Assembly: GCA_030390025.1 (NCBI GenBank)
Contig: CM059433.1
Location: forward strand, 12,030,001 to 12,094,000
Direction: 5' to 3'
Length of the DNA: 64,000 bases
DNA from: Squalus acanthias
Lineage: Eukaryota
A program made the position numbers and the translations under genes. Under the pieces are notes generated by a model. That model saw nothing but the letters and a program-made list of their open reading frames with translations. It searched no databases and had not been told where the DNA came from. Positions 1 through 12,800 of the stretch are shown here, piece after piece (the stretch's first letter is position 1; each line of letters begins with the position of its first letter).

Positions 1-575
1 TGCCCCATAGCCCTGATTTTTTTTCCTATTCATCTATATATCCACTTCCCTTTTGAAAGTTACTATTGAATCTACTTCCACCACCCTTTCAGGCAGTGCA
101 TTCCAGATCATAACAACTTGCTGCATATAAAAATGTCTCCTCATCTCCCCCCTGGTTATTTTGCCAATTATCTTAAATCTGTGTCCTCTGGTTATTGACC
201 CTCCTACCAGTTGAAACAGTTTCTTCCTATCTACTCTATCAAAACCAAACCATTTAACCATTTTCTAGTCCCTAAAATCATAATTTTGAACACCTCTATT
301 AAACCTCCCCGTAACCTTTTCTGGTCCAGGGAGAACAGTTCCAGCCTCTCTAGTCTCCCCCATAACTGAAGTCCCTCATCCCTGGTACCATTCTGGTAAA
401 TCTCCTCTGCAGCCTCTCCAAGGCCTTAGCATCCTTCTTAAAGTCTGGTGCCCAGAATTGAACACAATACTCCAACTGAGACCTAGCCAGTGATTTATAA
501 AGGTTTAGCAGAACGTTTGTACTCTATGCTTCTATTTATGAAGCCTAGAATCCTGTATCCCTTTTTAACAGCTTG
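1..575 (-). mobile_element. CR1-clade LINE 3' fragment
   Basis: Decayed RT C-terminus (RVDRKKLF..TRGHRFKI..WNALPERVVE). Confidence 0.85.
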
Positions 576-1034
576 GTGGAAGAAAATACTAGATCAGCAC
601 TAAGGGTGCAGACTCACCAACGCAGTGTCCCTAACCCTAGTATCAACCTGCTCACATCCCCCATCATTGCCAGCACAAAATTGGGAGCTATAGTTAAGGT
701 TTGAACTTAGAGGAAGTATGTGTAAATTGCTGTCTCACACAGAAGGAGTGTTTGAGAACTTGGACAGTGGTATGGAATCTGGTGAATGGGCAAGTGTTGC
801 ATCTCTTGCAGTTTCATGGAAAGTTGCTGGGGAAAGAACAGCAGGTAGTGGGGGTGATAGAAGAGTGAACCAGGGTGCCACGGCGGGATCAGTCCCTTCG
901 GAATGCTGACAGGGGAGGGGTGGGAAAGATGTGTTTGGTGGTGGGATTGCGTTGGAAGTGGCAGAAGATGATTTATTGAATGCAGAGGCTGGTGAGGTAG
1001 GTGGTAAGGGCAATGAGGACCCAATCACAGTTCT

Positions 1035-1340
1035 CACAGAATCACAGAATCCCCACAGTGCAGATAGAGGCCATTTCGGCCCATCGAGCCTGCACCGACA
1101 CATATCCCGCCCTATCCCCGCGTATTTAATCCCCCTAACACTAAGGGTCAATTTTTATCATAGCCAAATCAACCTAACCCACACATCTTTGGACTGTGGG
1201 AGGAAACCGGAGCACCCGGAGGAAACCCACGCAGACACAGGGAGAATGTGCAAACTCCACACAGACAGTCACCCGATGCCGGATTCGAACCCGGGTCCCT
1301 GGCGCTGTGAGGCAACAGTGCTAACCACTATGCCAACGTG
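1035..1340 (-). mobile_element. tRNA-derived SINE with CR1-like tail (HE1/V-SINE-like)
   Basis: B-box GTTCGAATCC on the minus strand, V-like core, tandem ATTCTGTG tail, gttct repeated at both flanks. Confidence 0.8.
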
Positions 1341-1725
1341 TTCTGAGGGGGAAGAAGGCGTGAGGGCAGAAGGATGGGAAATGGGATGGACTCGGTTGAG
1401 GCTCCTATCAAGTATGGTGCAGGAGTATCCTTACTTGAGGAAAAAGGAGAACAATTTGGAAGCTCTAGTGTGGAAGATGGATTCATCAGAGCAGATGCGA
1501 TGGAATGGAGGGCCCAATTCTGAGGATTGAGGAGTAGAGAGACTACATCCATAGTGAAATGGAGATTGCTAAGGCCGGAAAACTGGGAGAAAGTTCTCTA
1601 GATCAAGAGCAGGAACGAGTATCGATACCGTCATCAGTGTAATGGAAAAAGAGATCAGGGTGGGGACCTCAGTAGGACTGGAACAAAGAGTGTTCAACAT
1701 ATCCTATAAGAAGACAGATATAGCT

Positions 1726-2053
1726 TCACACTTCATCTAGCCTCAACCTGTCACATTACCACCTCCTCTTGCCTTGAATATCTCTTAATGCTCAATGTCT
1801 CTTAATCTCTCCTGCTTTTTATCCTACCACTGACCTTCCCATTTGTTCTTTCATCCCCTCCACCTTTTCCCAGCATTATACTTGCTTTAAATCTATTTCA
1901 TTTCCTGCTTTTTTCCAGTTCTGACGGAAGGTCTTTGACCTGAAACGCTAACTCTGTTTCTCTCTCCACGGATGCTGCCTGGCCTGCTGAGTTTTTCCAG
2001 CGTTTTCTGTTGTTATTTCGGATTTCCAGCATCCGCAGTATTTTGCTATTGTC
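1726..2053 (+). mobile_element. Solo Penelope-type terminal unit (non-coding, degenerate hammerhead)
   Basis: Matches the 3' end of the 53415-54205 element; flanked by ATAGCT at 1720-1725 and 2054-2059. Confidence 0.7.
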
Positions 2054-3153
2054 ATAGCTAGGACCAATGCGTGTTCCAAGGGTGACACATTTTATCTAGA
2101 AGAAGTGCGTGAAGTTAAAGGAAAAGTTGTTCAATGTTTAGCCATGCGAAGGAGGGTTGTGGTCGATGGGAACTGGTTGGGCCGCTGGAGTGGAGGGCCC
2201 AATCCCGGGGATGGAGGAGTAGAGGAACTGTACATCCATAGTGAAAAGGAGATTGCTAGGGCCGGAAAACTGGAATTTGTTAAAGTGGCAGAGGGCGTCA
2301 GAAGAGTGACGGATATAAAGGGGCAGTAACTAGACTAGTAATAGTAGCAAAAAGAAGGAAAAAATGGAATAAGTTCAATGAGAATTTATTTTTCATAACT
2401 TAAGCTGGAAATATATTCACTATTTCATAATTCCTGTCGTGCAAGATTGTAGCAAAAATTGCAAAGATTTTCCCTCATTTGTTGTGGAGACATTGTGATG
2501 ATTGTAGATATGTTTTCGTACTCTGTTGTTAAATTTGTTCTTCAGTAAATTGTTTATAGTTTGTCACAGAGACACTCTGCTTCCCCAGTTCTCAGAGGCA
2601 GTCTTCTTCCTCCTCTCACCCCACAGTACAGTTTACTCAAAACACTGATTGATATATGAAATGTATAGGGTTGGCATCATTGAAGTCACTGGAAAACAAA
2701 AATTGGGGCAGCATGTAAAACTGATTCACTATCGCCTGTTTTGCGCTACAGCCTAAGATCAATTTCACCCCCATTATCTCCATGTTTTGTATGCTAGCTC
2801 ACTGAGGGTGCAGCAGCTTAAGATTTTAGAATAGGTCCATGCCCTCTATAACTAAATTGTAAGCATGTAAAAAGTTGGGTGCGTGTGTGCGCCCGCATAT
2901 CTGGGCGCAATGTGCTGCACACCACCGAACGGGTGCAATCGGTGGAAACTCGCCTTGCCCACCTAGGGACTGCTTTGGGCAAATGGGGACCTTGAACCAG
3001 TGTAAAAGATCGCGGCTACTCAGGCGTAAAGTAGTTATGATTGCAACTAGCTTGGGTTTAAAAGTTCACGATCTTTACGGCTATTTCATTCGATTCTACC
3101 ACAGATTACGCTGATATCATGCGGAAACTCCAGGCAACAACAATAAGTGTGAT

Positions 3154-3792
<639 letters not shown>

Positions 3793-3887
3793 ATGTGGCG
3801 GCTATTCGCAGCGCTCTCGGTCGGGATGAAGGGAAGGTTTTACTATGCGGTGAGGGTCGGGAGGAGCCCCGGAGTGTATGCAACTTG
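3793..3887 (+). CDS. RNASEH1: RNASEH1 coding exon 1 ([32 protein letters not shown])
   Basis: In-frame ATGs at 3793 and 3826; donor gtgagt at 3888. Confidence 0.92.
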
Positions 3888-6800
3888 GTGAGTGAGTGGG
3901 GAGGACCCGGCTCCGGGCTGAGGCCGCCAGTGCGGGAAAGGTCTGCATCCTTGGCCTGTGCGGAGTTGGCTTGTCTCAACAACAACAACTTGTCTCAACA
4001 ACAACTTGTATTTATATAGCGCCTTTAACGTAGTAAAATGTCACAAGGCGTTGCACAAGAGTATTTTAAGACAATAAATTTGATACAGAGCCACATAAGG
4101 ATAAATTAGGGCAGGTGACCAAAAGCTTGGTCAAAGAGGTAGGTTTTAAGCAGCGTCTCAAAGGGTTAACGTTTCAGGTCGATGACCCTTCGTCAGAACT
4201 GTAATGTTAACTCTGTTCCTCGCTCCACAGATGCTGCCTGACCTGTTGAGTGTTTCCAGCATTTTCTGTTTTTATTTCAGACTCCCGGTCACTTGTTTCC
4301 ATTGGTTGGCATTTAATGCCCATCCCCAGTTGCCCTGGATACAACTGAGTGACTTGCTGGACCACATCACTGGGCAGCTGAGAGTCAACCGTGTAATGGT
4401 GGCAGCTTTACTTCTTGCATTTGTTTCACCTCAGCCCTCCCTCGCTGTAGCCCTAACCCGGCTGCGTTGTCAATAGTCACTCCACTGTTTAAATGTTGTA
4501 TGGAAAGTTAAGGTTTCACTGGCGCTGTATTCTATTTCTTTATGACTCAACTGAGAAAATAAATTCAAAACAAAAGCCTTTATAATCCTTGTCGTGCTCC
4601 CTCCCATTTGCTTAATAGCGAAGGGTTATAACCCCCAACTGTGACTGTGCATTCTTGCAACTTTTGAATGATTAAACTAGCATTTTGTTCTGTTGTACAA
4701 TTTGTGGTAAATGTTTAGAAACCCCATCAGCCCTACTGAGATACTTTTCTTAGCCTAGCATTATAGATGCTATATTAAATCTAAAGTGACAACATGCATA
4801 CAATAGCCAATGAAGGTTGGTAGTGTATGGCATATAATCCAGTTAGTAACCAGTGTTTCTTTTTAACTGAAATTTTGGCTGTCAGTAGCCAATTTTATGC
4901 TCCTCAAATGAGGATGCCTGCACTGGGGGACTGGAGTATTTTTCTACCCATCGTCGATTGCTCTTAACTCAGCGTGGGCAAGATATAGCAAAAGGTTTCT
5001 CTATACTGTCCAGTAATATGCCCCTACCAGACCAGTTTGACATTCCATTTGACATGTACACTCTCCTTGTGGTCTGAGAGTGAAACTGCCGGTTCATTGC
5101 CTTTTTGGCAGTTTTGTGCAGTAGGCTTTATGCTGCTGTTTTAGACTGATCGGCACAGAAGCAGGAGAGGGTGTAATTACATCATGGGAATGGTCTCTGG
5201 CAGAGAAAGTTTATATTGAATTAAAATAATACATCTAATGGGAGATACTTTGAATTTAAAAAAAACTAATTGTTCTCCCATGTGTTGCACGCAGTCCAGA
5301 TCAAGTGCAGTCTTCAGGTGAAACGGGTTAGAAGGTGGAGAATAATTGGACTAGGGGGTGCAGATATAATTCAGTCTTTGTTTTTATATATTTCCACATT
5401 TATAAGGAAACTTGCCGAGCTGTAATTACACCCTCCTGCTACTGGCTGCACTGCAGCACCTACCCTGGCAGGATGGTGTAATTACAGCCTGAAAAGGTGA
5501 CATAGGCAGTTTCCATTATACGGGTGGACAAAATTTTAATGGAAAAAAGTTGACGGGCAGTGCGTGCAGAAGTAAATATATTTTTTAGTATATTATAGAT
5601 ACAGACGGGGGTGTAATTTGTGCACTGTAATTTTTCTGTCCCCTTTAAGCTATAAGAAAGAAGGACTATATTGCCATCAGTCTAGGATGAATTTTAATCA
5701 AAGTCCCAAAGGTGAGCGGATTGCTTTCTAATCAGAGTGTTTCCCAGCCCAGTGTGGATTGTTTTGATGCATTAGCTTTATCCCTGGCTTTTATCAATTA
5801 AGAATCAATAATTTTATAAAATAATAAGGGGCATTATGTTCCTCACAAATGGTGCACTTTTTCCTCTTAGGGATGAATGTAAAGCACAAGTCGACAAATT
5901 TCCCTGTGCCAGTTTCAAGAAGTTTGCTACTGAAGAAGACGCACGGTCTTTTGTAGGTACTGCAGCTTCAAGCTCACAACCTGCTTCAAGTTCACAACCT
6001 GCCTCAACAGGTAAAGCATATATATTCGATTATATATAACAAAGTGGGGTGACTTTTTAATAGAACAGCTATATTAAACACTGCAGAAGAAAGTTAGAAA
6101 CTGGCATTAACCTTTCTTTGGATGAAGCATGGGGAATTAAATTTAAAATGGCTGAAATATATAGCAGAGTAAAGGCTTTGAAGGGGAAAAACTAATGGTG
6201 AGGAACTGGGATGCATAATGAGATACTTAAATAGAGAGTGCAGACCAGTAAAAATTTAACAAAGGGAAAATGTGGTCTGGAGAAGAGAGATGGGGCAGCT
6301 AAGGTAGTGGGGGAGCACGGCGGTTGAGCAATACATAATTTTTAACCTTGTTTTAAATACAAGGACAGTTGGTTAGCAGACGGTTGTGTTTTGTTTGTGT
6401 AACATATATTAGAAATTCTGCTGAAGATCCTGAATGTCATGGACATGATTCTATTGTGCAGTGACTGTAAACTCGGGAGTGTGATGGTGGCACACAGAAA
6501 ATTAACTTCATAGCTGTTTTTAAAAAAAAATACACATTCTGCTTGCAATACTCTGCGTCAAGAGTGAACATTTTCAGATCAAGATGTGATTCCACTGCAA
6601 TTGGAATTCTGTTTGAAAATAGCTTGTCAAAGGAATTCTGCCTCCTGGCTTTTATACATGACAGACTAGTGCTTGAAATTTTTAAAACCTCAAAGGTGTC
6701 TCACTCTTGATATTTTTGACAACCTGCATATATTGGGAATCCTGCTGAGAGCAGTCCAAAACTTTTTAAACTTCCTTCAGCTGCCTTCTCTGCAGTCGCA

Positions 6801-9800
6801 TGCCAGCAGTCTGCTAATCAACATTGATGTATGTAAATGCTACGAAAGTATAAAAGAAGGAAAGGAATGTTAATTGCCATAACAAATTACCAAAAGGAAG
6901 AAAATTTTCCCAACACTACATTGCTGAGGTAGTGGAAAGGGTGTCTGGTGTCTTTGGAACCATACCCCAGCCAAAGTTGTGCCTTCAGGAGAGAATAGAA
7001 ACAAATTCTTACCAGTCGCTGGTCCTTTCTTCTAATTATCTGTGTCACCAAAGTATGTAGTTGGGTATTTTCTTGCATAGAATACAATCAAATATACAAT
7101 AAGAACAGGAGTAGGCCATTTAGCCCCTCGAGCCTGTTCCACCATTCAATGAGATCGTGGCTGATCTGTGACCAAACTCCATATACCTGCCTTTGCCCCA
7201 TATCCCTTTAATATTTAAAATTAACAATTGATCTAGCATCAACTGCTGTTTGTGGAAGAGAGTTCCAAACTTCTACCACCACTTGTAGAAGTGTTTCCTA
7301 ACTTCACTCCTGAAAGATCTAGCTCTAATGTTGTTTAGGTTATGTCCCCTAGTCCTAGACTCCCCAAATAGCAGAAATAGTTTCTCTCTCTTTACCCTAT
7401 CCCTTCCCCTTAATATCTTGAAAACTTTGATCAAGTCACCCCTTAACCTTCTAAATTCCAGGGAATGCAACCCTAGTGTGTGCGTAATCTCTCCTCGTAA
7501 TTTAATCCCTGGAGTCCAGGTATCGTAAATCTACGCTGCACTCCCTCCAAGGCCAATATATCGTTCCTAAGGTGTGGTGCCCAGAACTGAACACAGTACT
7601 CCAGGTGTGGTCTAACCAGGGCTTTGTATAGCTGCAGCATAACTTCTACCCCCTTGTATTCTAATCCTCTAGATATAAAGCCCAGCATTCCATTAGCCTT
7701 TTTGATTATTTTCTGTACCTGTCCATGCCATTTTAATGATGTATGTACATGGACCCCTAAATTTCTTTAGCCCTCCACTGTTTTTAGCTTTTCACTGTTT
7801 AGAAAGTACTCTGATCTATCCTTTTTAGATTCAAAGTGGATGGCCTTGCACATGCCTACATTGAAATTCATTTGCCACAGTTTTGCCCATTCACTTAATC
7901 TATTAATATCTTTGTAATTTTATGCTTCCATCTGCACTGCTTACAATACTGCCTATCTTTGTGTCATCGGCAAACTTGGATATGTGACTCCCTATCCCCA
8001 TCATCTAAGTCATTAATAAATACAGTGATATTTATAAGATAATTATGCAGATCAATTTAGTATGATTGTTGAATGAACCCAGTTAGGATATGCTTGGAAC
8101 CCATTTGATAAGAATGAATGACCTAACATGCGTTGGTTGTAATCTAGCAAAATTCCCTGGATTCTGGAGAGGTCCCAGCAGATTGGAAAACCGCAAATGT
8201 AACGCCCCTATTCAAGAAAGGAGGGAGGCAGAAAGCAGGAAACTATAGGTCAGTTAGTCTAACATCTGTCATTGGAAAATGCTGGAATCCATTATTAAGG
8301 AAGTAATAGCAGGACATTTAGAAAAATCATAATACGATCAAGCAGAGTCAACATGGTTTTATGAAAGGGAAATCGTGTTTTGACAAATTTACTAGAATTC
8401 TTTGAGGATGTAACGATCGGGGTGGATAAAGGGGAACCAGTAGATGTAGTGTATTTGGATTTCCAGAAGGCATTCGATAAGGTGCCACATAAAAGGTTAC
8501 TGCACAAGATCACGGGGTTGGGGGTAATATATTAGCATGGATAGAGGATTGGCTAACTAGCAGAAATCAAAGAGTCGGGATAAATGGGTCATTTTCAGGT
8601 TGGCAAACTGTAACTAGTGGGGTGCCACAGAGATCAGTGCTGGGGCCTCAACTATTTGCAATCTATATTAATGACTTGGATGAAGGGTCCCTGTGTACTG
8701 TAGCCAAATTTGCTGATGTTACAAAGATAGGTGGGAAAGCAAGTTGTGAGGAGGATACAGAGTCTGCAAAGGGATATAGATAGGTTAAGTGAGTGGGCAA
8801 AAATTTGGCAGATGGAGTATAATGTGGGAAAATGTGAAGTTATCCACTTTGGTAGGAAAAATAAAAAAGCAAAATATTATTTAAATTGAGAGAGACTACA
8901 GAATGCTGCGGTGCAGAGGGATCTGGGTGTCCTCGTACATGAAACACAAAAAGTTAGCATGCAGGTACAGCAAGTAATTAGGAAGGCAAATGGAATGTTG
9001 GCCTTTATTGCAAGGGGGATGGAGTATAAAAGTAGAGAAGTCGTGCTACCACTGTACAGGGCGCTGGTGAGACCACACCTGGAGTACTGCGTGCAGTTTT
9101 GGTCTCCTTATTTAAGGAGGGATATACTTGCATTGGAGGCAGTTCAGATAAGCTTCACTAGGTTAATTCCTGAGATGAAGCGGTTGCCTTATGAAGAAAG
9201 GTTGAGCAGGTTGGGCCTATGCTCTTTAGAGTTTAGAAGAATGAGGTGAACTTATTGAAACATATAAGATTCTGAGGGGGCTTGACAGGGTAGATGCAGA
9301 GAGGATGTTTCCCCTCGTGGGGGAATCTAGAACTAGGGCATAGTTTCAGGATAAGGGGTCGCCCATTTAACATGGAGATGAGGAGGAATTTCTTCTTTGA
9401 GGGTTGTGAATCTTTGGAATTCTCTACCCCAGAGAGCTGTGGAAACAGAGTCATTGAATATATTCAAGGCGGAGAGAGACAGATATTTGAGCTACAGGGG
9501 AGTCGAGGGTTATGGGGAGAGGGCGGGAAAGTGGAGTTGAGGCCAAGATCAGATCAGCCATGATCTTATTGAATGGCGGGGCAGGCTCGAGGGGCCGAAT
9601 GGCCTCCTCCTACTCCTATTTTTTATGTTCTTATGTCCAGTTTTTCTTATCTAATTTTAACCTAAATCTAGTCATTTTAAAAAATATTCTCCTTCCCCCT
9701 TTCTGTAGGTGTTGACTCTTTGGTGGGGTACATTTCTATTGGTGGCCTCCACTACTTTACACAAGTGACTATTATTGATCATTGAGCTTTTGACAATGAA

Positions 9801-12800
9801 TGATAGCAGTCTGTTTGGTCATGGGGACATCACAGTCCAGCTCAATGTCTATACATGCAGTGGCCAGCAGGGGTTGCTGAATAGTGACCAGAAATGTGAA
9901 CCCTGGCTGATTTGTTTTCTTCTCTCTTTTATCTCTTCCTGCCTCTAACGCAGGGGCACTGAGGTAAATTTTAGTGCCACCTCTGTAACTGTGGCTGAAA
10001 TCTTCTAACTTGAGTTTGGGGCTTCCCTGGTTTGGTCCATAATTATTTGGCGATCCAGCTCCATTCACCGATTGAGTGATGATAAAGTAGAGGTTGAGGC
10101 ATAGGCAAATGTGCCAGATCCTGCTTCCTCTTCCTTACATCATCTTCCTGGAAACTGAAAACTCTTGAGTACTTTCATCAGATGTGATAGCATTCCTGAA
10201 ACATGCACGGTCTCCGAATAGTATTTCCTGAAACTTGTTTCTACTTTACAACCAAATCGTATCGTTGGAGAATCATATTTCTAAATCCGCATATTTTAAT
10301 TCAATTGCAATAGAACTAACCATTTAAAACTTTTCTATAGAATGTAGTGGCCAAAGCAAGTCTGCTGATGAGTCTAAACGACAGAACTCTGGTTGGGGAA
10401 AACGTTCACGCAAGTCATCTGATGCTGACGACAAGCCGTGCACAAAACGGTTCAGAAGCACCAAGTTACTCAGTGACTTAGGAGCAGGACAGAAGTTCAC
10501 TTACGTGGGTAGGCAAAAGTATTGTCTTATTGTTCCTAATATGTAACCTAAAATATTCTGAATAAGACTTCAGTCTTTTATGTTAACAAGTCTAGATGAA
10601 TTTGATGGTATGGTTCATTGTATACAGGATTATATGAGAGCTGTATTTTTAGTTGGCTTCGACTATTTAAGAATGCTAAGATAAATATCCAAGGGGATAA
10701 ATTAATTTTCAATTTCTTTTTAAGCACCTGGACATTGAAAATTACAGATTTTTTTTGTTAATGTACTTATTCCCCCTTCTCCCTTCTTGGATTCCACCAA
10801 TTGGAGCTTGTTTCAATGTTTCCTGCTTAGGCTGTCGATGAATTACTTTGTCCAGTGCTCCTTGCTTTCCAGTGTTCTCTGAAGAATAGGAAAAACATTT
10901 GACTTGTTACTTTTACTGGCTAAATTATTTCAAACTTCAGTAATTTCCCCTTCTATGCCTGAAAAAGAAATCCAATCGGATGGATTTTCTGCGAAGCAGA
11001 GGAAGCTGGCATTGAAAATGGATGGTGGGTTGTAGGCAGATGGAAAGAGTAAGCTTGGTGGATGCACATAGAAGAATAATATAAAATGAAATGGGAAATA
11101 GAGAAGAAAGGGGAAAACAATAGAAATAATTTTGTGACGTTTTATATCTCTGTAGCTTCACTGTCATCTTGAGTGATTCTTCAGCCTTCTGTGTGTAACC
11201 TGGGAATACAAAATTCTTCAGAGTTAACTATTTTGTTTTCCTCTAACAAGCTCAAATGCATTTTGCGTTGGTGCACAGTAGGTAGTAAGTTGTATCAAGA
11301 AGCTGACACTTGAGGATTGATTTGCCATAACTGGACTAGCATGTTCATTAAGACAACTACTGTGGTCACCATTTTCAACCGCGTAAAATATTTATAACAA
11401 AACTTAATTTAAATGCTCTCTATTTTGAGGCTAATTCAACCCTTTTCATTTGGTGTTCAATATCTGTGTGGCAGGTCAAATTATAAAGTGCAGTGTCTAC
11501 ATTAAACACTATAGTATAATCTCACTCGCCCATCAACCCTGTGACCTCGCTCACCTACATTGGCTCCTGATCGCCCAGTGCCTCAAAATTAAAATTCTCA
11601 TCCTCGTGCTTAAAGCTCTTCATTGCCTCAGCCCTCCTTATCTGTGTAACCTCCTCCAACTCTACAGCTCTTCCCTCCCATCATTGGTGGCTGGGCATTT
11701 AACCGCCGAGGTCCCATGCCGGGGAATTCCTGCCCAAAACCCTTCCACCTCCCTCTCTTCCTTTAAGACACTCCTTTAAAACCCACCTTTTTGATCAAGC
11801 TTTTGGTCACCCCATCTAATATTTCATTCTTTGGCTCAGCATCCCTTTTTTAATATTAACGCTTCCGTGAAGCACTTTGAGATGTTTTCTACGTCAACGG
11901 TCTAATTGCAAGTTGTTGTAGTATGGACGAGGTGCATGGTAAGCTCACTGGACTTCAGTTCAAGGATAAGTAGGAAAGTAATACCAGAGTGCAACTAAAT
12001 AATTATGACTTCCTTTGGTTTGAAAATATGAACTGTTTTCAGAGTTCAACTGCACTTTGGCTGTAAGAATTTGTTTAAGGGATTACTTCATTTATAATAC
12101 TGATCTGTTCTTCAGGCGTCATTGTTGTGAACAAGATCCATGTGTTTCTGCTTCTTTGTTCAGGAGATGCTGTTGCAGTTTACACAGATGGCTGCTGTTC
12201 AGGTAATGGGCAGAACCGAGCTCGAGCTGGAATCGGGGTGTACTGGGGACCTGGTCATTCCCTGTAAGTAATGTGATTTGTTTTCAATTTGAAAAACTAT
12301 CAAAAATTCACTTCAAAAAGAATCACTTGAAATTGTAATGATTTGTAAGTGAACATGCTTGTTTTTCCATTGTGTAGGTTCTCCACTATAATCAGGCAGT
12401 TTTAAATGCGTGTTCGACCTGCTGGGATAACTTTTATTATAACAACTTTGGTTTAACTATGGCAGCCAACTTTAATTGCTAGACCCTGCCCTAGTCATGA
12501 CACATCTTGGGGCTTTCTACAATAGTGATGATAGATCCTGGTATGACCCCTCCCAGTGCTTCCAGGCCAGAGACTGCTCCCCCTCCCCTGCAGTGCTGCC
12601 AAAACTGGGACACCTCATACCTCACACCTGCGATAACATTAAATATATAGGTAAAAGAATGTACATTAATGACTTAGGATTTTCAGTGAAATTGGCCGAA
12701 TCATGAAATTCAATCCCAAAACACCTGTAAAGATCCTGAAGTGCCAGGTAATAAAAACAGAATTTGACTTAGTCAGTCACTTTAAGACACTGACCCTGAT

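Larger units (their letters stand above)
705..2345 (-). mobile_element. Decayed Penelope-like element (RT and GIY-YIG linker), interrupted by a SINE and a solo terminal unit
   Basis: Reverse complement resembles 24270-24600; RT-like GTRIGPSY around 2055-2090. Confidence 0.7.
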
